Counted from the stretch's first letter, positions 1 through 11,108 are shown. The stretch: DNA of 64,000 nt from an uncultured delta proteobacterium (GCA_963771175.1 CAVYSY010000021.1:64001-128000), one strand, 5' to 3'. Numbers and translations: made by a program. Notes: generated from the letters alone by a model not told the origin.

Positions 1-1075
1 CCACGGTGCCCTGGCTGGAGCGGCGGCGGACCCGGGCCATCCAGGTGGGGAGCGGGGTGGGGTCATCGGGCTCGGGGCGGGCGGGGACGGTGGGAACGGG
101 GATGCTGGGGGGTGAGCGCCGCGGGTTGGCGGGGGCGGGCCGGGTGCTGGGCGTGGGCGGCACGGCGGCGAGCAGGGCGCGCTTGAAGTCGAACGCGGTG
201 GCGAAGCGCTCGGCCGGATTGCGCGCCAGGGCCCGCATCAGGGCCCACGAGAGCGACTCCGGGACGGTGGGGGCGAGCTCGTGGGGCGGGCGGAGCGGGA
301 GCGGCTCTGGCGAGAGCAGCAGCTCGGCGAGCTGCCCGCGCGGGAAGGGGAGCTGTCCGGTGACGAGCAGGTAGCCCGTCACCCCCAGCGAGTAGAGGTC
401 CGCGCGCCCGTCCACGGGCTGGCCGGCCCACTGCTCCGGGGCCATGTACGCGGGCGTGCCGAACACCTGCCCGGCCACCGTCTGCTCCTGGTTCCCCGGG
501 TCGCGCAGCGCCTTGGCCACGCCGAAGTCGAGCACCTTGAGCGCGGGCAGCTCTCCCTGGCGCTCCATCATCAAGAGGTTGTCCGGCTTGAGGTCCCGAT
601 GCACCACGCCGCAGCGGTGGACGGCCTCCAGTGCGTCACAGGCCTGGGCGAGCAGCCAGACCACCATGCTCGGGTCCATCGGGCGTGGCAGCCGGGACAG
701 GGGCGTGCCCTCCAGGTACTCCATGACGAAGTAGTGGAGCCCGTCCGCGGCCTCGTTGATGTCGAAGATGCGGACGATATTGGGGTGTCCGATGAGGTTC
801 ACCGTGCGCGCCTCGGCGTAGAAGCGCGCGCGCAGCCGGGCATCCTGGGCCAGGTGGGGATGCAGCACCTTCACCGCCACCCGGGCGCCGATGAGCGTCT
901 GCTCGGCGAGGTACACCGTGCCCATGCCACCGCTGCCCAGCAGGCGTATCAGCCGGTAATGGCCGAGCGTGCGGCCGAGCAGGTCCACCGGCTGCGGCAT
1001 CGTCGAGGCCGCGGGGCGCGGAACCGCTCCCGAGGACTCGGCTCCGGTGCAGGTGTCCTGAGCCGGATCGCACAT
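1..1075 (-). CDS. Hanks-type Ser/Thr protein kinase (3' end outside the window)
   Basis: Minus-strand translation from ATG 1075 shows [30 protein letters not shown] and [10 protein letters not shown], then a Pro-rich linker. It is missing from the ORF track because there is no stop in the window. Confidence 0.95.
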   Translation of the reverse strand, partial: MCDPAQDTCTGAESSGAVPRPAASTMPQPVDLLGRTLGHYRLIRLLGSGGMGTVYLAEQTLIGARVAVKVLHPHLAQDARLRARFYAEARTVNLIGHPNIVRIFDINEAADGLHYFVMEYLEGTPLSRLPRPMDPSMVVWLLAQACDALEAVHRCGVVHRDLKPDNLLMMERQGELPALKVLDFGVAKALRDPGNQEQTVAGQVFGTPAYMAPEQWAGQPVDGRADLYSLGVTGYLLVTGQLPFPRGQLAELLLSPEPLPLRPPHELAPTVPESLSWALMRALARNPAERFATAFDFKRALLAAVPPTPSTRPAPANPRRSPPSIPVPTVPARPEPDDPTPLPTWMARVRRRSSQGTV

Positions 1076-1409
1076 GGCGCTCACGTGATGTTCTGACGAA
1101 CAGTACTCGCGGGACATGGTGGCCGAGGGTGGTGCTGCGTGGAGGGCAATGAGCCTTCTGCAAGGGCCATGCTGTGTGGCTGGGCGGAGGGTGGACGTGG
1201 GGCTTGTGTCGCAGGGAGTGCGCTACGACGAGAAACCGCATGCTTGCAGTGCCCACCAGTGCACGCCTCCCAGGCTCTCGGAACGGGAGATCAAATCGTT
1301 CAGTCAGATACGAGGTGGGTTGATCAAAACTTCCAACTCTCGCGGCTTTCGATGGATGTTCTGCTCTCGTTAGCCGGCGTCCCCTTTCACGGCCGCGGAG
1401 GGCACGTGC

Positions 1410-1908
1410 ATGGTGATCATCCTGATGGGCGTGTCGGGGGTGGGGAAGACGACGGTGGGTGTGCGGCTGGCGGCGGCGCTCGGGTGGAGGTTCCGGGACG
1501 CGGATGACTTCCACGCCCCCGAGAGCATCGCGAAGATGGCCGCGGGGATTCCGCTCACGGACGAGGACCGGTGGCCCTGGTTGGAGCGGCTGGCGGGAGC
1601 TCATCCGTGGCGCGCTGGAGTCGGGAGAGGACGTGGTGCTGGCGTGCTCGGCGTTGAGGAAGGTCTACCGGGAGCGGTTGACGGTGGATTCAACGCGGGA
1701 GCGGTGGGTGTACCTGAGGGCGCCTCGCGACGTCATCGCGCAACGGCTGGGGCAGCGACGGGGCCACTACATGTCGCCGACGCTGCTCGACAGCCAGCTC
1801 GCGACGCTGGAGCTGTCGGAGGACGCGCTGACGGTGGACGTGTCGGCGGACCCGGACGCGGTGGTGGCCACCCTCCTCCGGGAGCTGGGACTTCAGAGGC
1901 CTTCCTGA
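1410..1908 (+). CDS. gntK: Gluconokinase (GntK/IdnK family), frameshift near 1590
   Basis: MGVSGVGKTT P-loop, DADDFH and GIPLTDEDRWPWL; continues in another frame with LACSALR and RRGHYM..LLDSQLATLE. Confidence 0.88.
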
Positions 1909-1991
1909 CGGAGCGCGGGCTAAGCCATCGGAAGTAAGTCCCTTCAGGGGCGACGACCGGCACCCACCGGCCTTCCGGCCACACTTTTCAG

Positions 1992-2018
1992 AAACCTGTC
2001 CGACTGTCGGACAGGTTT
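1992..2018. repeat. 27-bp palindrome AAACCTGTCCGAC-T-GTCGGACAGGTTT (REP-like element)
   Basis: Perfect 13-bp inverted arms around one central base, between convergent genes. Confidence 0.85.
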
Positions 2019-2162
2019 TTCGAAACCGAGCCCGGAGGGTCCTCTGTCCGCCGACCCCCTCCTGCCTCCCGGGCGCGCTCCTCACGAACGGGTCCGACCC
2101 TCGGAGCAGTTGCGCGAGCGCGCGCCCGGCGGTCCCCCCTTCACCGACTTGCTTCTGATGGC

Positions 2163-2799
2163 TTAGACGGAGGGCCGCACCCGCTCCACCGTCGCGCCCA
2201 GCCGCTCGAGCAGCTCGCGATACCAGGTGAAGGCCTGCTCGGTGCGCCCTGGCAGGGCCTTCGTCCCCCACAGCACGGCGAGGGTGCGGCGCGTGTCGCC
2301 CTGCGTCTTGGTGCGCTGCGAGTCCTTCACCGCGTTGGCGCAGGGGCCCTCCGCGTCGAAGAGGCACAGCAGGCCCTCCAGGTCGATGCTCTGCCCGGAG
2401 GCGTTGAAGACGTACGAGGCCCCCGCCGGGGCCACGCCGACGCGGAAGGGCTCCTTTGCCCGGTCCAGGTCCACCACGCTGATGGGCAGCCCGCTGTGCA
2501 GCGACACCGCGTTGCACACGTCCACCGCCGCGTTGATGGAGCCGAGCGAGCCATCCCCCGCCGCCCGCACCAGGTACTCCGAGGCGGGCTTGCCCCGGCC
2601 CGTGGGCTTGTAGCCGCCATGGCGCAGCAGGTCCCTCACCGCGCCCCGCACGGAGTCATCGGCGCTCAGGGGCGCCGACGCGCCCGGCTTCAGCAGCGCC
2701 ACCAGCCACTCGGGCGAGGGCGAGGCGGACAGCGGTGACGGGAAGGTGGCCGTCGAAGGCCACCACGTCCAGGAGGGGATGGGGGTCGAGCGTGAGCAC
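2163..2799 (-). CDS. Stand-alone B3/4 (PheRS-beta editing-like) domain protein, frameshift near 2750
   Basis: GYKPTGRGKPASEYL, INAAVDVCNAVSL..GLPISVVDLD and LFDAEGPC motifs; GTG start at 2799, 9 nt after the ALDH stop. Confidence 0.82.
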
Positions 2800-2808
2800 G
2801 TCGCCGTT

Positions 2809-4250
2809 CTACTCGAAGAGGCGGGTGGCCATGCGCTGCATCTTCTTCGCCTTCTCCGTGTACGGCGGGAACATGGTGCGCAGGAAGGAGAGGGGCCCCT
2901 GGCGCAGCACCGCCCGCTCGTGGCTGAAGGTGCGGAAGCCGAACTCGCCGTGGTAGTTGCCCACGCCGCTCTCGCCGATGCCGCCGAAGGGCAGCTCCGC
3001 GTTGCTCAGGTGCACCACCGTCGTGTTCACGCACGTGCCGCCCGCGGACGTCTCCGCCAGCAGTTGGTTCACCGTCTTCGAGTTCCGGCTGAAGATGTAC
3101 ATGGCCAGCGGCTTGGTGCGCGAGCGGATGTCGCTCACCACGTCGTCCAGCCGCTCGTAGCGCAGCACCGGTAGCACCGGGCCGAAGATCTCCTCCTCCA
3201 TCACCGGCGTCTCCGGCTTCACGCCCGCCAGCACCGTGGGCGCGATGTAGCGGCTGGTCGCGTCCACCACGCCGCCCACCACCACCTGCACCCCGCTGGC
3301 CACCGAGCGCTCCAGCAGCCGGTTCACCCGGGCGAACTGCCCGTCATCCACCATGCGGCAGAAGTCCGGGGTGGCCTTCCGCGCCTCCTCCGTCGTCCCG
3401 TAGAAGCGCTCGATCGCCCCGCGCAGCTTCGTCCAGGAACTCATGCTCCCGCGAGGCGTGCACGTACACGTAGTCCGGCGCCACGCACGTCTGCCCGCCG
3501 TTGAGGAACTTGCCGAAGGCGATGCGCTCGGCCGCCGCGTCGAGGTCCGCCGTCTCGTCCACCACGGCGGGCGACTTGCCGCCCAGCTCCAGCGTCACGC
3601 CGGCCAGGAACTTCGCCGCCGCCTCCATCACCATGCGCCCCACGCGCGGGCCACCGGTGAAGAAGAAGTGGTCGAAGGGCAGCTCCAGCAGCGCCTGGCC
3701 CTCCTCGACGCCTCCCTGCGCCACCATCACCTCGGACGGATCGAACACGTCGCGGATGAGCTGGTCGATGAAGGCCGCCGTGTGCGGCGTCTTCTCGCTC
3801 GGCTTGAGCATCACGCAGTTGCCCGCCGCCACCGCGGCCACCAGCGGCGCGATCGATGAGCTGGAAGGGGTAGTTCCACGGGGCGATGATGAGCACCACG
3901 CCCTTGGGCTCGTAGCGCACCTCGCTGCGCGTGCCGGTGAGCAGCACGGGCGTGCCCACCTTGCGCGGCTTCATCCACCTGCCCAGGTTCTTGATGGTGT
4001 GGTCGAGCTCCGAGAGCACCATCAGCAGCTCGGAGGTCTCCACCTCGGCCGCCGGCTTGCGGAAGTCCGCGTGGATGGCCTGGTAGAGGCCCTCGCGCCG
4101 CTCGACGATGGCGCGCCGCAGCTTCTCCAGCTTCGCGATGCGTTCCTTCGCGCTCGTCCGCGCCATCTCCCAGCGCCGGGCCCGCAGGCGCTCGAACGCA
4201 TCCTGGAAGGGGTTCTTCCGGGTCTTCTCGTCCATGCTCACCACGCGCAT
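2809..4250 (-). CDS. Aldehyde dehydrogenase (ALDH3/AlkH-like), frameshifts near 3855 and 3445
   Basis: IIAPWNYP, LKPSEKTP, FFTGG, TLELGGKSP, GQTCVAPDY, EEIFGP and PFGGIGESG spread over three frames. Confidence 0.93.
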
Positions 4251-4349
4251 TGCTTCTCTCCTCTGGTTCCGCGTTCGAGTGCCGCCGCTCCCCACCCAGG
4301 CTCTATGTCATCCTTAATCAAGCCTGTCGGAGTGCGGCGATGGGAATGT

Positions 4350-5054
4350 TCACGCCTGGACGCGCTTGAAAGGCGTCGGGTCAGCGGGCCTCGAGCCCGC
4401 GCAGAGCGTGGCGAGGGAGGCGGTGAGCTCGCGGGAGAAGTCCACCCGGAGGGGATTGAGGTGCGGGGCGGCCGCGTGGACCTCGCGGGCCACCGGGGCC
4501 AGGTCCGCCATCTGTCGCAGGCCCACCACCAGGGCGTACACCTGGAGGAAGAAGTGGATGCCCTCACCGGACTTCAGGAAGGGCAGCCGCTTCTCCACCA
4601 GCGCGCCGGCGCGCACCACCGCCTCCAGCAGCCGCTCCTTGAAGCCGCGCACCTGCTCCACGGTGACGTTCTGCTCCAGCACCGTCTGCAGCCGCGCCAG
4701 CAGCCGGGTGAGCGACTCCTCGCCCTCCAGCGACTCCGCCACCGTGCGCGCCACCCGCGCCCCCGTCCACCGGCCCTCCCCCTTGGCGAGCGTCACCTCC
4801 AGCCGCGCGAACCAGGCGAAGAGCAGCTCCTCCAGCAGCGCCAGGAACAGCGCCTCCTTGGTGGGGAAGTAGAGGAACACCGTCCCCTTGGCGAGCTGCG
4901 TCCGCTCCGCCACGTCCGCCATCTTCACCTCGTCGTACGAGGTGGCCTGGTAGAGCGCCAGCGCCGCGTCCAAGAGCTGCCGCCGCCGCGCCTCCTTGTC
5001 CTCTTCCTTCCGCGCCCGCTGGGGAAGTACCCGCTTCGCGTTGTTGCTGACCAT
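4350..5054 (-). CDS. TetR/AcrR-family transcriptional regulator
   Basis: LLDAAL..., MADVAERTQLAKGTVFLYFPTKEALF HTH. Confidence 0.93.
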   Translation of the reverse strand: MVSNNAKRVLPQRARKEEDKEARRRQLLDAALALYQATSYDEVKMADVAERTQLAKGTVFLYFPTKEALFLALLEELLFAWFARLEVTLAKGEGRWTGARVARTVAESLEGEESLTRLLARLQTVLEQNVTVEQVRGFKERLLEAVVRAGALVEKRLPFLKSGEGIHFFLQVYALVVGLRQMADLAPVAREVHAAAPHLNPLRVDFSRELTASLATLCAGSRPADPTPFKRVQA

Positions 5055-5105
5055 GAGTCACTAATTAAGTGTCCCCAGGTCCGTTGTCAATGACCCAGGG
5101 TCATT
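5048..5105 (-). promoter_or_regulatory. Sigma70-like promoter of tetR with two TGAC-N5-GTCA operator palindromes
   Basis: Minus-strand TTGACA (5090-5085), 17-nt spacer, AT-rich -10 (5067-5062); palindromes TGACCATGAGTCA (5048-5060) and AATGACCC-A-GGGTCATT (5089-5105). Confidence 0.7.
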
Positions 5106-5160
5106 TACCCGGGGGCGGGGGAAACTCGCGGCGGCCGGCTGGGTGTGCGAGCATGTAGGC

Positions 5161-5788
5161 ATGCGGCCCATCCAGGCGGAGCTTCTCGACGGTGGCGGGC
5201 TGTACCGGGAAGTGGTGCTGGGCAAGCTGGCGCACGCGCGCGAGTCGGTGTGGATAGCCACCGCCAACGTGAAGGCCATGTACGTGGAGCAGGCGGGGCG
5301 CTTCGTGCCGCTGCTGGAGGTGCTGGACAGGCTGGCGGCGCGCGGGGTGGCGCTGCGGCTGCTTGCACGCGGAGCTGCCCAGCCGGCCCTTCCGGGCGGA
5401 GTTCGACAAGCGCTCGCGGCTGGTGAAGGGGGGCCTGGAGCTGAAGGTGTGCCCGCGGGTTCACTTCAAGACAGTCCTGGTGGACGGGGCGTGGGCGTAC
5501 CTGGGCAGCGCCAACCTCACCGGGGCGGGGCTGGGGGCCAAGGGCGAGGACGTGCGCAACTTCGAGATGGGCTTCGTCACCGAGGACTTCGACGTCATCG
5601 ACCGGGTGACGGCGCTCTACGAGTCGGTGTGGAGCGGGGCCGAGTGCCGCGGTTGTCGGCTGCGCGCGGTGTGCCCGGATCCGATCTTGCCCGCGGGCGC
5701 GGGCTCGGCGAAGAAGAGGCCGTCCGACGGCGTCCGTCTGGGCAAGGCGCGGCGCCTGGTGCGCCGACGCACGGAGAAGCCACGATGA
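5161..5788 (+). CDS. Single-HKD phospholipase D/nuclease-like protein with C-terminal Cys cluster, frameshift near 5363
   Basis: VHFKTVLVD...GSANLT (HxKxxxxD-x6-GSxN); C-terminal CxxCxxxxxC (ECRGCRLRAVC). Confidence 0.85.
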
Positions 5789-6390
5789 AGCTCTACTACA
5801 GCCAGTTCACCCGAGGTCACCGCCCCCGCTGGGTGCTCGAGGAGTTGGGCCTTCCCTACGAGCTGCAGCGGCTGGACATGCGCAAGGGCGAGCACAAGTC
5901 GCCCGAGTACATGAAGGTCCACCCGCTGGGCCAGGTGCCCGCGCTGGAGGACTCGACGGGCGTGCTGTTGGAGTCCGGCGCCATCTGTCTGTACCTGGCG
6001 GACAAGTACCCGGAGAAGGAGCTGGCCCCGGCGCTCGGCACGCACGAGCGCGGCGAGTACTACCAGTGGAGCATGTTCGCCCTGGCCACGCTGGAGCCGC
6101 CCCTCATCACCATCGCCATGAACACCCGCTTCCTGCCCGAGGCCGAGCGCCAGCCGGCGCTGGTGGAGCGCGCGAAGCAGCAGCTCCAGCCGGTGCTGAA
6201 GGTGCTCGAGGGCCACATCGGACGCCGCGAGTTCATCGTCGGCAACGCCTTCTCCGTGGCGGACGTGCTCACCGCCGCGACGCTCTCCTGGGCCCAGTCG
6301 ATGGGCTTGCTCGCCGGCTTCTCCGGGCTCGAGGCCTACACGAAGCGGCACCTGGAGCGCCCCGCGGCCAGGCGCGCCTACGCGGACTAG
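5785..6390 (+). CDS. Glutathione S-transferase family protein
   Basis: MKLYY.., HPLGQVPAL, LESGAICLYLA, FSVADV; ATGA overlap with the upstream gene. Confidence 0.93.
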   Translation: MKLYYSQFTRGHRPRWVLEELGLPYELQRLDMRKGEHKSPEYMKVHPLGQVPALEDSTGVLLESGAICLYLADKYPEKELAPALGTHERGEYYQWSMFALATLEPPLITIAMNTRFLPEAERQPALVERAKQQLQPVLKVLEGHIGRREFIVGNAFSVADVLTAATLSWAQSMGLLAGFSGLEAYTKRHLERPAARRAYAD

Positions 6391-7304
6391 GGTGTCTTGC
6401 GGTGACGGGCGCGCCAGGCGCTGGGGGACTCGCCCGTCATCTTGCGGAACAGGCCGCTGAAGTGCTGGAGCGACGCGCACCCCACCTCCACGGCCACCGA
6501 GGTGAGCTTGGCGTCGCTCTGCAGCAGCAGCGTCTGCGCGGTGCGCACCTGCACGGTGTTGAGCTCCAACTGGAAGGAGGTGCCGGCCTCGCGCAGGCGG
6601 CGCTGGAGGGTGCGCTCGGACATGCCCAGCTCCCGGGACACGTCCCCGAGGCAGGCTTCCACCAGCCGGGTGCGCAGCACGCGGTGCAGCTCACTGAGCA
6701 GTGGGGACTGCCCCATGAGCTGCATCACCAGGTCGTTCAGCTCGTCCACCAGGGGACGAGACTCCTGCTCGGGCCGGCCCAGCCAGGAGAGCGCCTCGAG
6801 TGGGTCCGCGAAGGCCCGGGTGGGGTAGCTGGTGCTGACGAGGCTGTAGAAGCCCCCCACCACCGCGCCCGTCATCCCCTCGGGACGCAGCAGCGCCTGG
6901 CGCTTCACCGTCTGGGAGAAGCTGCCACTGCGCGGCACCATGTACTTCACCAGGACGGCGAGGCCGTTGGCGTCCGGGGCCTCCACCCGGCGCGCGTCCA
7001 CCAGGGACATGTGGGGCACGGCGGGCGCCAGCTCCACGTCCAGCACCTGGGTGAGCCGCTGGATTTGAGACTCGCCCGGCCTTCCCCACAGGACGAACCC
7101 GCACAGCTCGGGCGAGGCGTACCAGTGGAGGAAGTTTTCCCCCGTCAGGTAGCGACCGATGGGGTCTTGGAGGTAGTCGTCGAGTCCTTCTGCGGAACGC
7201 ACAGTGCGGCAGCATAGCGCCTGCCGAGCCGGGCGCCCCAGGTGGGATGGCTGGGGGCCCGCGGGGGTTCCAGTGGTGGACGCGCCGGATGTGAACTGCT
7301 TCAT
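6387..7304 (-). CDS. AraC-family regulator with an N-terminal SpoIIAA/STAS-like sensor domain
   Basis: C-terminal LGMSERTLQRRL and VAVEVGCASLQHFSGLFRKMTGESPSAWR; start codon uncertain. Confidence 0.9.
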   Translation of the reverse strand: MKQFTSGASTTGTPAGPQPSHLGRPARQALCCRTVRSAEGLDDYLQDPIGRYLTGENFLHWYASPELCGFVLWGRPGESQIQRLTQVLDVELAPAVPHMSLVDARRVEAPDANGLAVLVKYMVPRSGSFSQTVKRQALLRPEGMTGAVVGGFYSLVSTSYPTRAFADPLEALSWLGRPEQESRPLVDELNDLVMQLMGQSPLLSELHRVLRTRLVEACLGDVSRELGMSERTLQRRLREAGTSFQLELNTVQVRTAQTLLLQSDAKLTSVAVEVGCASLQHFSGLFRKMTGESPSAWRARHRKTP

Positions 7305-7314
7305 TGTGCGCGGC

Positions 7315-7782
7315 TCACTCCTCCCGGCGCAGCGTGGCGGCGACCAGCGACAGTGCTCGGAGTTGGTGGGGGTTGAGCTTGCGCACGTGGCGCAGCAGTC
7401 GCCGCATCTGCGGCCCCTCGCGCTCGGGGGGCGGAGGCTCCTCGGTCCATGCGGGCGGTTGGGCGGTGCTGAGGGCCAGCAGCTTGTCCGCGGGCAGGCG
7501 CAGGGCGACGCACAGCCGCCGCAGGGTGGGGACGCTCGGCATCAGCAGCCCCCGCTCCAGGCGGCCGTACACCTCCGTGGCCACGCCAATGCGTTCGGCC
7601 ACGTCCGCTTGCGTGAGTCCCGCCTTCTGTCGGGCTTCCCGGGCCGTGTCGCCCAGGGCCTTGGAAAGCCTCTGCCTCACTTCGCGTTTCCCCCGAGGCG
7701 GGCTCACCTCCTTGCCGCGGGGGCCGCGTCGGGGCGTGGAGGTCTGCTCGGGGGGGACTGGAAAAGTAGTCTTCGACGCCAT
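7315..7782 (-). CDS. XRE/Cro-C1-type HTH transcriptional regulator
   Basis: REARQKAGLTQADVAERIGVATEVYGRLERGLLMPSV; GGAG precedes ATG 7782 (alternative start 7803). Confidence 0.88.
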   Translation of the reverse strand: MASKTTFPVPPEQTSTPRRGPRGKEVSPPRGKREVRQRLSKALGDTAREARQKAGLTQADVAERIGVATEVYGRLERGLLMPSVPTLRRLCVALRLPADKLLALSTAQPPAWTEEPPPPEREGPQMRRLLRHVRKLNPHQLRALSLVAATLRREE

Positions 7783-8492
7783 GGCTCCTCTGGGCTCAGG
7801 CATGACCTCGTGGGTTATATGACTTATACGGTCACATGTCAGCGCGAAACTTTTCGAGTAGTGCTCGAACGTACGTTCTCCCTGTCCTCGTGTTGGGGAG
7901 CGGACCTGTGCGAAGCCCTGGGGCGCGCGGAGGCGTGCCGGAGCCGCGCGAGAGCGCGTGCGAGCCAGGGCCGCGCGCTCCTTCATGCTCAGGCCACCAA
8001 AAACGAACGCCCCGCCAAGGGCTGTCAGGCACCCTGGCCGGCGTTTGCCGATGATGCCCCGCTGTGACGCGGGTGCGCCGTCTGGGGATTTGCTCCCACA
8101 CGGGCTCGCTGCTGGCCGTCAGCGAACTTCACGGGTCGCGATGCTTCAGGTCATTTCAACACAAAGCGGCGTGACCTTCAAGGTCGGGTCCTTCAGCGCT
8201 CGATGGACTTCGGCTCCGGCGCCGTGGCCCTGACCGGGAGGCCGGTGTTTCTCGGGGGGAGGTGGAAGGCTCGATCGACGGGAAGGCCGAGAAATCGGCC
8301 TCGGCGCGATTGTCAACCCCCCAGGTCAGCCGTGGCGGAAAAGTCCCAACCATTTCAGGGGTTTACCTCTCACGAAGGTCTGACATATGGTGACCGCCTC
8401 CCGGGGGTTCCCGGGTGCCGGTGTCCCCCGCGTTCCCAGGCGCGGGGCTCCAGGCGTACCCCCGTGATTTTGGTTGGAGGGCTGTTCAGGCC

Positions 8493-10107
8493 GTGAGTGA
8501 CGAGCGTCCGGACGCGCTGCTCAAGAGCGCACTCGAAAAGATTGTCTACTTCGAGGCCCGTGCCGAGCAGCTCCACCACGAGCTGCTCTCCACCCGCGAG
8601 GAGCTGGAGCACCTCAGGCGCGAGCTGACGCAGTCCGAGGAGCGCGAGCTGACGCTGCGCCGGGAGGTGGCCGAGCTGGAGGTGCGGCTGGGCCGGCTGG
8701 GCGCCGATCGCGACGAGCTCACCCGCCTCAACGAGGCGCTGCGCACCGAGCGCAGCCAGCTCCTCGGCAAGCTGCTGGAGGCCAGCCGCATCCGCGCCTC
8801 GGATCGCCGCGACGAGGGGGACGAGGACCACCTGGGCATCGACCTGGCCTCGTTCATCTCGCAGCTTCGCAGCGAGGCGCTGGAGCGCCCGGCGGGGGCC
8901 ATGGCCATCCCGCCTCGGCCGCTGCCGCCTACCCGTGGCCCGCGCAGCCCGAGGTGGAGCCGGCGCCCGCGCTCGCGGTGGTGACGGCCTCGGCGACCGC
9001 GGCCGCGGCGAGCGTGTCTCCGGTGGTGCAGCACGCGCAGCGCCTCTTCCTGGAGGGCCGGCTGGCGGTGAGCCCCGGACAGCTGGCGGAGCTCGCCGGG
9101 GGCCATGACGAGACGCTCTTCGGCTTCTCCGTGCGCGAGCTGTCCGCGCCGGACGCCGCCTCGCGCGTGCGCGCCGCCGAGCGGCTCAAGGCCCTGGGCC
9201 AGCCGGCCGCCGCGCCCGCGCTCGCCACCGCGCTGCACGCCGAGAAGGACCCCACCGTGCAGGTGGCGCTGCTGGCCGGCCTTCGCCGTGGTGGGCAGGG
9301 CGGAGGGGGCCTCGGTGGTGTCGCCCGCTGCTGGCCTCGCACCGTCCCCGAGGTGCGCATCGCCGCGCTCAAGGCGCTGCTGACGCCTCGCCCCAGCGGA
9401 GGCCGCGCCCCACCTCGCGCAGGCCATGAAGGACCCGGACCGCTCCGTGCGCCGGCGCGCCTCGCTGCTGGCGCTCGGCCTGGAGGGCGAGGGCGCGCGG
9501 CGGCTGGGCGAGGAGGCCATCCACGACGCGGACCCCGAGGTGCGCAGCCTCGCGGCGCTGGCGCTCGGGGCCGGCGGCGGGGAGCGCGCCCGGGCGATGC
9601 TGCTGGAGGCCCTCAAGGACCCCGAGCTGCGGGTGCGCCGGCCGCCGCGCAGAGCCTCTCGCGCATCCTCGGCCAGGACGTCTCCGCGGTGGTGGACATG
9701 GACGAGGGCCAGCGCCGCCGGGAGATCCGCCGGCTCGCCACGCTCCCCGTGCACCCGGTGCGCGCCTCGCTCGCCCCGAGGCCCCGCCGCCCCCGCGCGT
9801 CGCGAGCCGCGCCCCGGTCCACCGCGCGCCCGCCCCGGCTGCCGGCCGCGTCCAGGCGCCTGTCCGGGCCGCAGGCCACGCCGTGCCGCCGCCCCCGCCG
9901 CGCCCCCGCGGCGTCGCGCCCGGCCTCGCCGGTGGAGGCCCTGTGTGCGTCGCTGATGTCGGAGATTCGCGTCGCCATCCGCGGCCGCTCGCTCGCCGAG
10001 CTGTCGCGGGACTCTCCGCGCGCCCCGAGCTCGCCGAGGAAGCGCTCGCCCTGCTGGTGGCCCGGGGCGCGGTGGTGCGCAGGGGTCACAAGTACTTCGC
10101 CGCTTGA
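8493..10107 (+). CDS. pomY: PomY: coiled-coil plus HEAT-repeat division-positioning protein, several frameshifts
   Basis: N-terminal coiled coil (SDERPDALLKSALEKIVYFEARAEQL), HEAT-like repeats (KDPDRSVRRRASLLAL, DADPEVRSLAALALG), directly upstream of pomZ. Confidence 0.85.
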
Positions 10108-10146
10108 GGCAAGGTAGCGCCCCCAGGGTTCGACGAAGGGTTGTTC

Positions 10147-11108
10147 ATGGAAGCGCCGACCTACAGCCCGAAGCAGGTGGCCGAGATGCTCGGCGTGCCG
10201 GCGAAGGCCAGCGCCTCGGCGCTGAAGAAGGACAGCTACACCGCCGATGACGTGTGGGAGCTGCGCGGCGAGCTCGGCGCTACCCGCCGTCCCTCGGCCG
10301 CCGCAAGCAGCTCTTCCTCAACTTCAAGGGCGGCACCGGCAAGACCTCGCTGTCCACCTCCTACGCCTGCCGCCTGGCGGAGATGGGCTACCGCGTGCTG
10401 CTGGTCGACCTCGACACCCAGGGCCACGCCACCAAGTGCCTGGGCTACGAGGGCGAGGACTTCGAGCAAGACGCTGCTCGACGTGCTGGTGCGCAAGACG
10501 CCCCTCTCGCGAGGTCATCCAGAAGTCCGCCCTGCCCAACCTGGACTTCGTCCCCTCGAACCTGACGATGTCCACCGTCGACCTGGCGCTGATGCCGATG
10601 GCCGGGCGCGAGTTCAAGCTGCGCAACGCGCTCAAGGAGGTCGAGGGCCACTACGACGTCATCGTCTTCGACGCGCCGCCCTCCTTCGGCCTGCTCAACC
10701 TGAACGCGCTGATGGCCGCCGACGACCTGTTCGTCCCGGTGCTGGCCGACTTCCTCTCCTTCCACGGCCTCAAGCTGCTCTTCGAGACGGTGCAGAGCCT
10801 CGAGGAGGACCTGGACCACGTGCTCGACCACGTCTTCATCGTGGTCAACGCCTTCAACGCCACCTTCAAGCTGGCCAAGGAGGCGCTCGAGGCGCTGCAG
10901 ACGCACTACCCCGAGTACCTGCTGCCCACCATGGTGCGGCAGTGCACCAAGTTCGCCCAGGCCTCCAGCGAGGGCCTGCCGGTGTTCGTGGCCGACCCCG
11001 ACTCCAAGGGCGCCACAGGACATCCAGGCCCTCATCGAGAACGTGCTGCCGCGCTTGCGGGCGGACGCGGCTCCCGGCAGCGAGACCGGTGCGCAGCAGG
11101 CCGGCTGA
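10147..11108 (+). CDS. pomZ: PomZ, ParA/MinD-family ATPase, several frameshifts
   Basis: MEAPTYSPKQVAEMLGV N-terminus, deviant Walker A NFKGGTGKT, DLDTQG, FDAPPSFG, RQCTKFAQASSEG; matches M. xanthus PomZ as I recall it. Confidence 0.92.

Noticed and set aside
10147..11108. ParA as a sign of a plasmid or prophage partition system
   Set aside because: Sequence and flanking genes identify chromosomal PomZ; no parB, rep or phage genes.
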